A DNA stretch of 64,000 bases from contig JAYODI010000008.1 of NCBI GenBank assembly GCA_038279365.1, positions 32,001-96,000 of the forward strand, in the 5' to 3' direction. The stretch is from Candidatus Latescibacterota bacterium. GTDB lineage: Bacteria > Latescibacterota > UBA2968. Below the pieces are notes generated by a model. It saw only the letters and a list, made by a program, of their open reading frames with translations. It did not search any database and had not been told where the DNA came from. Position 1 is the first letter of the stretch, and every line of letters begins with the position of its first letter. Positions 18,918 through 29,244 of the stretch are shown one piece after another. The translations under genes and the position numbers were made by a program.

Positions 18918-21294
18918 ATTTATTTCGGTTCAACCAAGTTTGGGTTGTTATGCCATCGCCACTCAGGACAAATCGAATGGCCCCAGACAAATCGGTTCTT
19001 AAAATATTCAGGCCCATTTCGGCATACCGCTGAATAACCTCTGGAGATGGATGGCGAAATTTATTTTTTACACCACATGAGACGGCTACCCAAGTGGGGT
19101 GCACACCATCTAAAAACGCCTTTGTTGATGAGGTACGAGAACCGTGATGCGCTGCCTTTAAAATATCTGCGCGCAAGCGATCTTTCCAACGCAGAAGAGC
19201 ACCATCTGTTTCATGTTCGATATCCCCAGTTAACAACAATGCCATTCCCAAATAATCGAAGCGAATCACCACCGAACCGTTATTCAAATCGTGAGAGACT
19301 CCCTCTTCTGGTGCAACAAAAGAAGGAGATGGATGAAGCACCACCCCACCCACGCCACCCAACCCGACCAAGCTATCACCAGCAGCAACAACATGATAAC
19401 GGATATTTTTTTCTTGAACCAAACGGTGGATTTCACGCGCCGTCCACGTTTCGGCAAATTGTCCACTGTCTAAATAATGCCCAACGTTTACACGATCCAA
19501 AACCGCGATCAACCCACCAATATGGTCGCTGTGGGCATGGGAACCAACCACCACATCTATATATGAAATGCCTTGGCTTCTCAAAAAAGGCAAAACCACC
19601 CTTGTCCCCATATCGATATGTTGGGTTCGTATTCCACCATCGACCAACATGGTTTTGCCATTTGGAAATCGCATAAAAATGGCATCACCCTGCCCAATGT
19701 CCAACACAAACACTTCCATATGTTGCCGTGCCAGTAAGCGGGGTTGCCACACACCCCAGTTGGCACACAACAACACCCCCCCAAACACATAAATACGATA
19801 GGGACGCTGACGAAACTGTGGCAAAAACAAAAGCACACCCAACCCATAAATACCCCACAGAAACAAGGGCAAATGAGGAACGTCTACGGCCGCCCAAGAA
19901 ACGGAAGCCATAAATTGTGCCAAGCCTATCGCTATCTTCAAGATCACCCAGTTGGCACCATTGAGCCACATTACCACAGTGGGTAACAATGGATACACAA
20001 AAACACCCACCAAACCCAGTGCCGCCGCCAAGCCAATAAGTGGCACAATGATCAAATTGGCCACCAACCCCACAATGGAAACCACACCAAAATATGTAAT
20101 CATAAAAGGCATTGTTGTGATTTGGGCAGCAAGAGACACCGCCAACGGCGCCCAAATCATTTGGCCAACAAAATGCCCGCCCCACTTGGGCAAACAATCT
20201 GTTAGTGGACGGTAAAACAACATAATCCCTCCAGTAGCCGCAAACGACAACTGAAAGCCCACGTCCAAAATATCGGCAGGCCGAAAAATGAGACCAACCA
20301 AACCTGCCACACCCAAGGCATTCCAACCCTCACCTTCCCATTCTCCCAACTGCCCCAACAGGATCAAACTGGCCATCACACAGGCCCGAACCACAGATGG
20401 GGGCAACCCAGTTACCAAAGCATAAACAACCAATAAAAATACGGTCATCCATACCGTAATCCCCCGTCCAATGCCACACAACCGCAACCCAAAAAAGACC
20501 ACGCTGGCAATAAGCCCCACATGAAGCCCAGAAACGGCCAAAACATGATTCACCCCACATCGGGTGAAGGCGTCGCGAACCTCGGTGGGCACAGCACGCT
20601 TATCTCCTAATAAAATGCCCTTGAGCAGCCCCGCTGGCCCTCCCGACAAATTTTGCTCAATTGCTCCCCGAATGATGCCACGCACAGGTATCACGCCTTC
20701 CATCCACCACGCACCTTGATGCTCCTCTTTGAGCAAAACTTGCTCATTGCGAGAAACATAGGCCAATGCCCGAATGCCTCGCAATGCCAAATAGTCCCGA
20801 TAATCAAACCCACCAGGATTGCGAGCCGGTTCTGGCAAGGTCGGCACAACACGCAAAGCCAAATGGTCTCCGTATGTTGCTTCGGTTACTTGTTCACCAA
20901 ACCGCACCAACATTCTCCCCGATGTTTGCCAGAGGGTATCCCCTCTACAAACAGACATCACCTCCATTTCAGCACGCCATCCATTTGTTTGGCGCTCTGG
21001 CTCGGAAACCAATTGCCCCGTAAAAATCACTTCATCATCCGAAAGCACGTTGCAATAATGGTCACCAGGCATTTGTCTCACCCCCCATTCAAAACGCAAT
21101 GCCCCCAACAATATCAGCAACAAACAGCACCCCGTGCTTGCCCAAAAATCTTGTTTTAAGACAAACAGAACAACCACAGTCAGCATCAGGCAAATGCCCA
21201 GCACCAACAACCACACCCCAGACCACTGACATATGACCTGCATCCCAATGCCAAAAGCAAACCATAAAGCTGAAAACAGTGCTGGTCTTCGCAT
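18916..21294 (-). CDS. comEC: DNA uptake channel ComEC/Rec2 with C-terminal metallo-beta-lactamase domain
   Basis: RNPGGFDY, HVLAVSGLHVG, PSVVRA, GFQLSF, DIGQGDA, SHAHSDHIGG, LLTGDIE, HHGS. The second ATG is best spaced from the AAGGA SD. Confidence 0.95.
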   Translation of the reverse strand: MRRPALFSALWFAFGIGMQVICQWSGVWLLVLGICLMLTVVVLFVLKQDFWASTGCCLLLILLGALRFEWGVRQMPGDHYCNVLSDDEVIFTGQLVSEPERQTNGWRAEMEVMSVCRGDTLWQTSGRMLVRFGEQVTEATYGDHLALRVVPTLPEPARNPGGFDYRDYLALRGIRALAYVSRNEQVLLKEEHQGAWWMEGVIPVRGIIRGAIEQNLSGGPAGLLKGILLGDKRAVPTEVRDAFTRCGVNHVLAVSGLHVGLIASVVFFGLRLCGIGRGITVWMTVFLLVVYALVTGLPPSVVRACVMASLILLGQLGEWEGEGWNALGVAGLVGLIFRPADILDVGFQLSFAATGGIMLFYRPLTDCLPKWGGHFVGQMIWAPLAVSLAAQITTMPFMITYFGVVSIVGLVANLIIVPLIGLAAALGLVGVFVYPLLPTVVMWLNGANWVILKIAIGLAQFMASVSWAAVDVPHLPLFLWGIYGLGVLLFLPQFRQRPYRIYVFGGVLLCANWGVWQPRLLARQHMEVFVLDIGQGDAIFMRFPNGKTMLVDGGIRTQHIDMGTRVVLPFLRSQGISYIDVVVGSHAHSDHIGGLIAVLDRVNVGHYLDSGQFAETWTAREIHRLVQEKNIRYHVVAAGDSLVGLGGVGGVVLHPSPSFVAPEEGVSHDLNNGSVVIRFDYLGMALLLTGDIEHETDGALLRWKDRLRADILKAAHHGSRTSSTKAFLDGVHPTWVAVSCGVKNKFRHPSPEVIQRYAEMGLNILRTDLSGAIRFVLSGDGITTQTWLNRNK

Positions 21295-21323
21295 GTTCAT
21301 ATCCTTTTAAAATGGGATATGAA

Positions 21324-21341
21324 ATGCAATTTTTATGCCTT
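21324..21341 (-). promoter_or_regulatory. Candidate sigma54 (-24/-12) promoter for comEC
   Basis: Minus strand AAGGCATAAAAATTGCAT: GG-N10-GC including TTGCA, about 30 nt upstream of the start codon. Confidence 0.55.
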
Positions 21342-21439
21342 TCAGCAAATGCCCTGTATGGCGATCATTTGTGTGAAAAAAACGTGCAATACCTGCAAAA
21401 AAGGTTCAATTCCCCCTCACTTCCACGCCCAGTATACAG

Positions 21440-21468
21440 TTGACTTTATAACGGTGAGGTGGTATATT
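21440..21468 (+). promoter_or_regulatory. sigma70 promoter for the ecfT-truA operon
   Basis: TTGACT-17 nt-TATATT, with a TGn extension. Confidence 0.7.
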
Positions 21469-21550
21469 CAAAAAAAATAAAAACGGTTCAAATGTATGCT
21501 TTTCTTAATGTTATGACTCTTCTGCCCATGTTCTTTTACAACAAAAAAAC

Positions 21551-22327
21551 ATGATTTTAGGGCGATATATCCCCAGCCAATCGTGGTTGCATCTTCTCGA
21601 CCCACGCACCAAGATTGTGTCTGGCATTATCTTGGCCACCTTGGTCATTAAAACCGACACCCCAGGCTTCTTAGCAGGGCTGGTCTTTGTGTTGTTTATT
21701 TTACCCCTATTAACCCGTCTACCGTGGCGCATCACATGGGGTATTCAAAAGTCACTGTGGCCGCTTTTGAGCGTAGTTTTTTTGCTCAATGCATACCTCA
21801 CCCCAGGGATCACCGTCACTATCGCATCACATGCCATCTTTGGGGTCACCGAAGAAGGGCTGGTGCGGGGGGGCACATTGGCCTTAAAACTCAATGCCAT
21901 TGTGTTGCTTTTTGCGTGGATGACCTTAACCTCCTCCCCATCGAACTTCTCGGACAGCCTTGAAATGTTGTTGCGTCCACTTGAAAAAATGCGTATCCCT
22001 ACACAAGGTTTGATATTGGCATTGGCCGTTGCACTTCGGTTTGTTCCCCTCATACTCAAAGAAGCACAACGACTTCATTTGGCCCAACTTTCGCGTGGGG
22101 CAGATTTCTCGGGTATTCGCCATCTCACTCGGTTCGTCCCCATACTGATACCTTTGTTTGTTGCCACATTTACACGTGCTGAACACTTAACCCAAACATT
22201 GGATTCACGCGGTTATCAGCACCACCCATCTCGTACCCATTTTGATACATTAATATTCAAACGGCGCGATTATTTGGCCTTTGCCCTAGTTGGATGTTTT
22301 GCAACTTATATGTTTACCATCTTATGA
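21551..22327 (+). CDS. ecfT: Energy-coupling factor transporter transmembrane component
   Basis: GRYIPSQSWLHLLDPRTK, ALRFVP, AQLSRG, LDSRGY coupling-helix motifs. Confidence 0.9.
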   Translation: MILGRYIPSQSWLHLLDPRTKIVSGIILATLVIKTDTPGFLAGLVFVLFILPLLTRLPWRITWGIQKSLWPLLSVVFLLNAYLTPGITVTIASHAIFGVTEEGLVRGGTLALKLNAIVLLFAWMTLTSSPSNFSDSLEMLLRPLEKMRIPTQGLILALAVALRFVPLILKEAQRLHLAQLSRGADFSGIRHLTRFVPILIPLFVATFTRAEHLTQTLDSRGYQHHPSRTHFDTLIFKRRDYLAFALVGCFATYMFTIL

Positions 22328-23076
22328 GCCGTAACATTCGCCTTCTTGTAGAATACGACGGGACCCATTTTCATGGCTGGCAAATTCAACCCGACCAACG
22401 TACGGTGCAGGGTGAAATGCAAGCGCGTTTGAGCAAACTTTTTAATGGGCCCATTTCAATTACGGCCTCTGGTAGAACGGACACGGGCGTTCATGCGTTG
22501 GGGCAAGTGGTTAACTTTACAGCAACACGCGACATCAGTGATGAACGCTTGTTGCAAGCCTTAAATGGCATGTTACCACCCGATATTGCCGTAAAAAAAA
22601 TAGACACCGTTGCACCTGAGTTTCACGCCCGCTTTGACGCTTTACAACGCTTTTACTTCTATCGCATATCGTATAACAAAACGCCCATTGGGCGCTATTA
22701 TACTTGGTATATGCACCGGTCACTGGATTTAGACACACTTAATCGTGCCGCCAAATATCTATTAGGACGCCATGACTTCACTTCTTTTTGTGTGGCCGCA
22801 CACGAAAAAGAAAACCGTGTTTGCGAAGTTTATGACAGCTATTGGGAAGAGGAAGAAAATGGCCTTGTCTATCACATATCGGGCAACCGCTTTCTCCGCA
22901 CAATGGTGCGCAGTATTGTTGGAACCATAGTTGAAATGGGTCGTGGCGTGAGACCCGCCGAAGTCATGCCAGACATACTAAAGGCGCAAGATCGGCAAAG
23001 CGCCGGAGAATCGGCCCCACCGTGTGGCTTGTTTCTCAACAAGGTGGTTTATGCAGACAGTTTACCCGGAGGGTAA
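22324..23076 (+). CDS. truA: tRNA pseudouridine(38-40) synthase
   Basis: EYDGTHFHGWQ, SGRTDTGVHA, FHARF, FLRTMVR, APPCGL. Confidence 0.96.
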   Translation: MSRNIRLLVEYDGTHFHGWQIQPDQRTVQGEMQARLSKLFNGPISITASGRTDTGVHALGQVVNFTATRDISDERLLQALNGMLPPDIAVKKIDTVAPEFHARFDALQRFYFYRISYNKTPIGRYYTWYMHRSLDLDTLNRAAKYLLGRHDFTSFCVAAHEKENRVCEVYDSYWEEEENGLVYHISGNRFLRTMVRSIVGTIVEMGRGVRPAEVMPDILKAQDRQSAGESAPPCGLFLNKVVYADSLPGG

Positions 23077-23082
23077 TTCGTT

Positions 23083-24204
23083 GTGTTGCGAATGGTGCCA
23101 ATTCTTCTATTGGGCCTCTTGCTCGGTTTTGTGCTCTTTCCTTTGCTCAACAAATGGATGGAACACCCAAGCACACAGGCATCGCTTGACAAAAGTGCCA
23201 ACAATGAAATAGACTTATCCCGTCAAAATGCAATTGTCAAAGCCATTCAAAAAGTGTCACCTTGTGTTGTGAGCATCAGCACAGCACGCTTTCCTGATCC
23301 TTTTTTTGATCCCTTTTCCGAAATCCACAAAATACCAGGCATTGGATCGGGCTTTGTCATTCAATCTGACGGCTATATCTTAACCAACAGCCATGTGGTT
23401 GATGGTGCCCAAGACATCACCATCACATTTGCCGATGGACGCCGATTTGATGTCTTAGAAGTTTTTATTGATCGCCAACTCGATTTGGCCGTCATCCACA
23501 TTGATGCAGAAAACCTCCCCCTACCTGAGTTTGGCAACTCCGATCAGTTGATCATTGGCGAATGGGCAATTGCAGTTGGCAACCCATTTGGGTTGCGCTT
23601 TGAAGACACCAAACCCACCGTAACGGTTGGGGTGATTAGCGCATTAAATCGGGTGGTTCGCCCAGAAGAAAACGAACGTGCCTACAAAGACATGATCCAA
23701 ACAGATGCCTCGATTAATCCAGGGAACAGTGGGGGTCCATTGGTGAACAGTTTGGGTCAGGTTATTGGTGTCAACACCTTCATCCTGTCTCAAGGTGGTG
23801 CTCTTGGCATTGGTTTTGCCGTTCCAATAGAACGCGCCATTGAAGCGGCCCGACAGCTCATTGATCAAGGCAGTCGAGATTTTTGGACAGGCCTTGACAT
23901 TCACAGCGTAACCCCCCACATTGCCCGTACCTTGGGCCTTAGCACGGCACGAGGTGCCTTAATTACCGTTGTGGAGCCACTCAGCCCAGGTGAAAGCGCG
24001 GGGCTTTTGGCAGGTGATGTGATCGTTATGGTGAACAATGGGCGTGTGGACAGTGCCGACGATCTCATCGGTGCCTTTCGAACGGCGGTTGTCGGCGACA
24101 CAATCGCTTTAAAAATTTTGCGAGGACGTGTCTTTAGGGGCCGTGGTGGTGGTTTTTTTGATACAAACCTCATATTAGAACAAGACCCTCGCAGCGAAGA
24201 TTAG
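23083..24204 (+). CDS. HtrA/DegQ-family serine protease with one PDZ domain and an N-terminal anchor
   Basis: GSGFV, LTNSHVV, DLAVI, QTDASINPGNSGGPL, AGDVI. Confidence 0.92.
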   Translation: MLRMVPILLLGLLLGFVLFPLLNKWMEHPSTQASLDKSANNEIDLSRQNAIVKAIQKVSPCVVSISTARFPDPFFDPFSEIHKIPGIGSGFVIQSDGYILTNSHVVDGAQDITITFADGRRFDVLEVFIDRQLDLAVIHIDAENLPLPEFGNSDQLIIGEWAIAVGNPFGLRFEDTKPTVTVGVISALNRVVRPEENERAYKDMIQTDASINPGNSGGPLVNSLGQVIGVNTFILSQGGALGIGFAVPIERAIEAARQLIDQGSRDFWTGLDIHSVTPHIARTLGLSTARGALITVVEPLSPGESAGLLAGDVIVMVNNGRVDSADDLIGAFRTAVVGDTIALKILRGRVFRGRGGGFFDTNLILEQDPRSED

Positions 24205-24243
24205 CAAACCATTGCAATCGCATCCTTATTCAATGGAGTCACT

Positions 24244-24966
24244 ATGAACGCCAAATCTGCCTTACCAAGTTTATTTACCATTGGCAGCCTATTTTGCGGA
24301 TTTCTATCCATTTATTATGCCATTGATGGCAAATTGTTGGGTGCTGCGCTTTTAATTGTAATTGCTGCTTTTTTAGACGCTTTTGACGGCAAAATTGCAC
24401 GTTATTTTGACACACCCAGCAATTTTGGCGTCCAGTTCGACACCATTTCAGATATTTGCTCATTTGGTTTGGCCCCAGCCCTTTTGATGATGCAATACTT
24501 TGACGATTTGATGGCATCGCGTTGGTTGCCCTTTGGGGTCAGTTTTTTCTTTTTAATGTGTGGTGCATTGCGCTTGGCACGATTCAATTCTCAGCTCAAA
24601 AGTTTTGAGAAAGAAAACTTTACCGGTTTGCCCATTCCCATGGCGGCCTGTACCTTATCGGCTTATATTATGTTTACCGAACGCGTTTGGGACAGCCATC
24701 ACGAACCCCATTTGGCCATGGGATTGTGTGTGGTACTTGCACTTTTAATGGTCAGCACCATCGAATATGTTGCCTTTCCCAAACTCACACTTGAAACAAC
24801 GCGTGACCGTTTGCGCTTGGCCAGTTTATTGGCCGTTGTGGCCCTGATGATCTTTAACACCTATGAGGTTTTTTTCCCCCTCACATTGGTTATTGCGCTT
24901 TCGGGTGCCGCCCGTTGGTTGTTCCTTTTAATCACCGATCGTGAGGTTGCCGACTTACAACCGTGA
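24244..24966 (+). CDS. pssA: CDP-diacylglycerol--serine O-phosphatidyltransferase
   Basis: DAFDGKIAR...FGVQFDTISDICSFGLAP, ALRLARFN, FTGLPIP. Confidence 0.85.
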   Translation: MNAKSALPSLFTIGSLFCGFLSIYYAIDGKLLGAALLIVIAAFLDAFDGKIARYFDTPSNFGVQFDTISDICSFGLAPALLMMQYFDDLMASRWLPFGVSFFFLMCGALRLARFNSQLKSFEKENFTGLPIPMAACTLSAYIMFTERVWDSHHEPHLAMGLCVVLALLMVSTIEYVAFPKLTLETTRDRLRLASLLAVVALMIFNTYEVFFPLTLVIALSGAARWLFLLITDREVADLQP

Positions 24967-25021
24967 TTATTTCCTTCACATTGACACCTTTTTCCTGTAA
25001 ATTTTCCAAAGAAAGTAACGT

Positions 25022-25300
25022 ATGGGCAGACATAGCCTGGGGCTTTTGATTGTTGCGATTGTCATTGGTATATTGGCTGGCAGCATTGTTGGTCAAATCA
25101 TGGGTGTTTTGATAGACAGTTTGGGGCTTCACAATAATGTGGTTCAAAAAGTATTTATAAACTCATATGTCTATGAGTTTCACCCCTTGCGATTAAATCT
25201 GATCATCATGACACTCACGTTTGGTTTTTCGATCAATTTGAACACCTTAAGCCTCTTGGGCATTGGCACAGCCTGGTTCTACATCAAATACTCGTATTAA
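25022..25300 (+). CDS. Small membrane protein (DUF4321-like)
   Basis: Two hydrophobic segments and LNLIIMTLTFGFSINLNTLSLLG. Confidence 0.7.
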   Translation: MGRHSLGLLIVAIVIGILAGSIVGQIMGVLIDSLGLHNNVVQKVFINSYVYEFHPLRLNLIIMTLTFGFSINLNTLSLLGIGTAWFYIKYSY

Positions 25301-25334
25301 AAACACGATTCACTACCATTGGAGGTAACCACCA

Positions 25335-25577
25335 ATGTTTGGCATGGGACCTTGGGAAATTCTCGTTATTTTGTTAATTGCTTTGTTGCTTTTTGGTGCA
25401 AAACGCATTCCAGAAATTGCACAAGGCTTGGGCAAAGGCATCACAGAATTCAAACGCGCCGTACGCGATGTACAGGGCGAAATTGAAAATGCTGCAGATC
25501 CTTCAGTGCCACCACCACCAAAACAAACCAATACCACACAAGAAACCACAAAGACACAAACCGAAACACAATCTTGA
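25335..25577 (+). CDS. tatA: Twin-arginine translocase TatA/TatE subunit
   Basis: [43 protein letters not shown]. Confidence 0.95.
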   Translation: MFGMGPWEILVILLIALLLFGAKRIPEIAQGLGKGITEFKRAVRDVQGEIENAADPSVPPPPKQTNTTQETTKTQTETQS

Positions 25578-25588
25578 CGGGGGGCTGG

Positions 25589-27046
25589 GTGGCCAGCAAT
25601 TCAATTTTTCCAGCACAAACAGCAAAAAAAATTAGCGCAATGATACAGTCGGGCACCTGTACGGCCCTGCAATTGACCAACAAGGTCTTAGACCACATTC
25701 GCGCAACCCATGACACAACCAACGCATTTATTACCATAGACGAAGACGGTGCCCGTCAACAAGCCGAAGTGGTTGATCAAAAAATCGCTTCGGGGCAAGC
25801 AGTTGGTGCCTTGGCGGGTATTCCTGTGGGCGTTAAAGATGTGTTGTGTACCAAAGGACTTCGCACCACCTGTGCATCCAAAATCCTCGATAACTTCATC
25901 CCACCATACGATGCCACCGTAGTAAGCCACCTTCGCCAGGCCGATGCCATCATTTTGGGCAAGCTCAATATGGATGAGTTTGCGATGGGTTCCTCCAATG
26001 AAAACTCGGCTTTTGGCACCGTCAAAAACCCACTTGATCCCACACGCGTTGCCGGTGGTTCCAGTGGAGGTTCTGCAGCTTCTGTTGCTGCCGAACAAGC
26101 TTTTATGACGCTTGGTTCTGACACGGGTGGATCCATTCGTCAACCCGCCTCTTTTTGTGGCACCGTGGGCCTTAAACCTACCTATGGGCGTGTTTCTCGA
26201 TATGGGCTTATTGCATACGCATCTTCATTAGACCAAGTGGGGCCTATCACCCGCACCGTAGAAGATGCCGCGTGTTTGCTCAATGTCATTGCCGGTCACG
26301 ACACCTCTGATTCAACATCGGCCAATGTGCCCGTACCAGATTATACGACAGATTTAGACCGTGGCGTTGCTGGCCTCACCATTGGTTTACCCAAAGAATA
26401 TTTTGCAGAAGGTTTGCAAGAAGATGTGCGCCAAGCCGTCATGAACGGGGTTGCGCTTCTCGAAAAGAACGGGGCAACCATAAAAGAAATCTCTCTTCCA
26501 ACGGCTGGCAATGCCGAATATGCCATTGCCGCATATTATATTATTGCCACAGCGGAAGCATCTTCAAACCTGTCTCGTTTCGATGGTGTCAAATACGGCT
26601 TTCGAGCAAAAGCATCCAACCTCACCGATATGTATACCCATTCTCGAAGCCAAGGGTTTGGCTCCGAAGTCAAACGACGCATTATGTTGGGCACCTATGC
26701 ACTTAGTGCAGGTTATTACGATGCTTACTATCGAAAAGCACAACAAGTACGCACCCTCATCAAACAAGATTTTGATAACGCATTTGCCACCTGTGACCTT
26801 CTTGCCTCTCCCGTCTCTCCAACACCCGCATTTAAAATTGGTGAAAAAACCGCCGACCCCCTGCAAATGTATCTCTCAGATATTTACACCGTCTCGGTGA
26901 ACCTTGCAGGCATTCCAGGCATATCTGTGCCGTGTGGCACATCTTCAGATAACCTGCCAATTGGTCTCCAATTGTTGGGCAAAAACTTTTCCGAACACAC
27001 GCTTTTACAAGCCGCATCTGTTATCGAACGAGAAATGGCCTCATGA
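25589..27046 (+). CDS. gatA: Glu/Asp-tRNA amidotransferase subunit A
   Basis: [42 protein letters not shown]. Start is uncertain (GTG 25589 or TTG 25574). Confidence 0.95.
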   Translation: MASNSIFPAQTAKKISAMIQSGTCTALQLTNKVLDHIRATHDTTNAFITIDEDGARQQAEVVDQKIASGQAVGALAGIPVGVKDVLCTKGLRTTCASKILDNFIPPYDATVVSHLRQADAIILGKLNMDEFAMGSSNENSAFGTVKNPLDPTRVAGGSSGGSAASVAAEQAFMTLGSDTGGSIRQPASFCGTVGLKPTYGRVSRYGLIAYASSLDQVGPITRTVEDAACLLNVIAGHDTSDSTSANVPVPDYTTDLDRGVAGLTIGLPKEYFAEGLQEDVRQAVMNGVALLEKNGATIKEISLPTAGNAEYAIAAYYIIATAEASSNLSRFDGVKYGFRAKASNLTDMYTHSRSQGFGSEVKRRIMLGTYALSAGYYDAYYRKAQQVRTLIKQDFDNAFATCDLLASPVSPTPAFKIGEKTADPLQMYLSDIYTVSVNLAGIPGISVPCGTSSDNLPIGLQLLGKNFSEHTLLQAASVIEREMAS

Positions 27047-28494
27047 ATTACGAACCCGTCATTGGGCTTGAAGTCCACGCACAACTTGCCACGCAAACCA
27101 AAATTTTTTGTGGGTGCAGCCCCACTTTTGGTGGTGAACCCAATACCCATGTTTGCCCTGTTTGTTTGGGGTTGCCAGGCGCCCTTCCCGTGTTAAACAA
27201 ACATGTGGTGGAGCTGGCCATGCGCATTGCCATTGCGGTAGGTTGTACAATTCAACCCCGAAGCCGTTTTTTACGCAAAAACTACTTTTATCCCGACCTA
27301 CCCAAAGGTTACCAAGTTTCACAATTTCAATCGAATGAAGAAATGCCCCTGGCTACAGGAGGGGGCATAGATGTACCCACAACAAGTGGAGACATCAAAA
27401 AAATCAACCTCACACGCATTCACATGGAAGAAGACGCCGGCAAAAGCATTCATGAAGAAGGTTTTGTGGCCTCTGGTGAATCGCTTGTAGATGTAAACCG
27501 CTGTGGGGTGCCCCTTATCGAAATTGTGAGTGAACCAGAACTTTCCACATCCGAAGAAGTCTTCCACTATCTCACCCGCTTACACCAATTGCTCATTTAC
27601 ACCGGTGTATCTGAGGGAGACATGGAAAAGGGCCACATGCGCATTGATGCCAATGTATCTATTCGCCCCGTGGGGTCAACAGAGCTCGGTACCAAGGTAG
27701 AAGTCAAAAACGTAAACTCTTTTCGCAATTGCCAGCGCGCCATCGACACAGAAATTGACCGTCAAATTGCCTTACTCGAAACAGGGGGCACCATTCATCA
27801 AGCCACCATGCTTTATGACCCTGATCGCAACCAATTGCGCCCCATGCGCACAAAAGAAGATTCAGACGACTATCGCTACTTTCCCGACCCAGACTTGGTC
27901 CCTGTTGTGGTAGATGATACGTGGATCAATCGGGTACGCGAACAAGTGCCCGAACTCCCAGAAGCCAAACGGGCGCGTTTTGCACAAGACTTCGATCTTT
28001 CACCCGATCAAATTGAAGTGCTCACCGCATCAAGAGAGGTTGCCGATTATTTTGAAGCCACCGTCACAGCTGGAGCACAAGCCAAACCCGCCGCCAACTG
28101 GTTGCAAGGCGATGTGATGCGAACGCTCAATGAACAAAAGATCGCCATTAACGACCTCAAAATTACGCCGCAATATCTCGCCGAATTGCTCGTGCTTATA
28201 GACAATGGCACCATCAGTGGCAACATTGGACGTAAAGTATTCGACACAATGGTCAAAACGGGTGAAGCCCCCCAAACCATAGTCGAAAAACAAGGCCTCG
28301 GGCAAATCAGTGATACCAGTGCGTTAGATGGTGTTGTTGATCAAATTATAGCCGACAACCCATCAGAAGCCGAACGCTACAAAGGAGGCGACAAAAAATT
28401 GGTTGGTTTTTTTATGGGGCAAATTATGAAAGCCACAAAAGGCCAAGCCAACCCACAAATGGTCAACCAAATTTTGCGCGAAAAACTCGGGTAA
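27043..28494 (+). CDS. gatB: Glu/Asp-tRNA amidotransferase subunit B
   Basis: [41 protein letters not shown], YqeY tail. Confidence 0.97.
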   Translation: MNYEPVIGLEVHAQLATQTKIFCGCSPTFGGEPNTHVCPVCLGLPGALPVLNKHVVELAMRIAIAVGCTIQPRSRFLRKNYFYPDLPKGYQVSQFQSNEEMPLATGGGIDVPTTSGDIKKINLTRIHMEEDAGKSIHEEGFVASGESLVDVNRCGVPLIEIVSEPELSTSEEVFHYLTRLHQLLIYTGVSEGDMEKGHMRIDANVSIRPVGSTELGTKVEVKNVNSFRNCQRAIDTEIDRQIALLETGGTIHQATMLYDPDRNQLRPMRTKEDSDDYRYFPDPDLVPVVVDDTWINRVREQVPELPEAKRARFAQDFDLSPDQIEVLTASREVADYFEATVTAGAQAKPAANWLQGDVMRTLNEQKIAINDLKITPQYLAELLVLIDNGTISGNIGRKVFDTMVKTGEAPQTIVEKQGLGQISDTSALDGVVDQIIADNPSEAERYKGGDKKLVGFFMGQIMKATKGQANPQMVNQILREKLG

Positions 28495-28495
28495 A

Positions 28496-29233
28496 ATGGA
28501 CACCCAACCCGCCTGGTATGACCGTTTTTTCCGCCACGAATACCTCGCATTTGATGACCACCCCAACACCGACCTCGAAATAGATTTTCTTCTTAACACC
28601 CTTCAACTGCCCGATCAATCCTGCCTACTCGACTTGGGTTGTGGCTATGGTCGCCACGCCATTCCGCTTGCACAAGAAGGGCTTCACGTTATTGGTTTGG
28701 ATCGCTCGTCCAACCTTCTCCAAGAAGCCAGAACCCGCCAAAAAGATCAAAACCTCAACCTTTCCTTCATTCGTGGCGATGTGCGCCAATTCCCTTTTGC
28801 CTACCCCTTTGATGCCGTAATCAGCATGTTTTCTTCTTTTGGTTATTTTGAAGATGAAAACGAAAACTTTCTCGTGCTTCAAAACATTGCCGATGCACTC
28901 AAACCCGGTGGCCTCTTTTTTATTGAAACAGCCAACCGCGATTTTATCATTGCCCACAATCCCCCTGTGCAAATTTACCGCCCCCCCAATATGACCCTTA
29001 TTGAAGAACGCACCTTTGACTCACTCACCAGTCAATCCTTGGTGGATGTTACTGTTATTCAAAACGGCACAGAAACCCATCTCCACCATGCTATTCGCCT
29101 ATATACCGCAACCGAAATGGACATGTTGCTGGCCTCTGTGGGGTTACAAACCCTTGGCGTTTGGGGTGATTTTCACGGAGGCGATTTTACAACCGACAGC
29201 CCACACCTCATTTTTTTGGCCGAAAAAGCCTAA
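28496..29233 (+). CDS. Class I SAM-dependent methyltransferase
   Basis: LLDLGCGYGRH, GLDRS, GDVR, FSSFGYF, LKPGG. Confidence 0.9.
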   Translation: MDTQPAWYDRFFRHEYLAFDDHPNTDLEIDFLLNTLQLPDQSCLLDLGCGYGRHAIPLAQEGLHVIGLDRSSNLLQEARTRQKDQNLNLSFIRGDVRQFPFAYPFDAVISMFSSFGYFEDENENFLVLQNIADALKPGGLFFIETANRDFIIAHNPPVQIYRPPNMTLIEERTFDSLTSQSLVDVTVIQNGTETHLHHAIRLYTATEMDMLLASVGLQTLGVWGDFHGGDFTTDSPHLIFLAEKA

Positions 29234-29244
29234 CGCCACCACTT

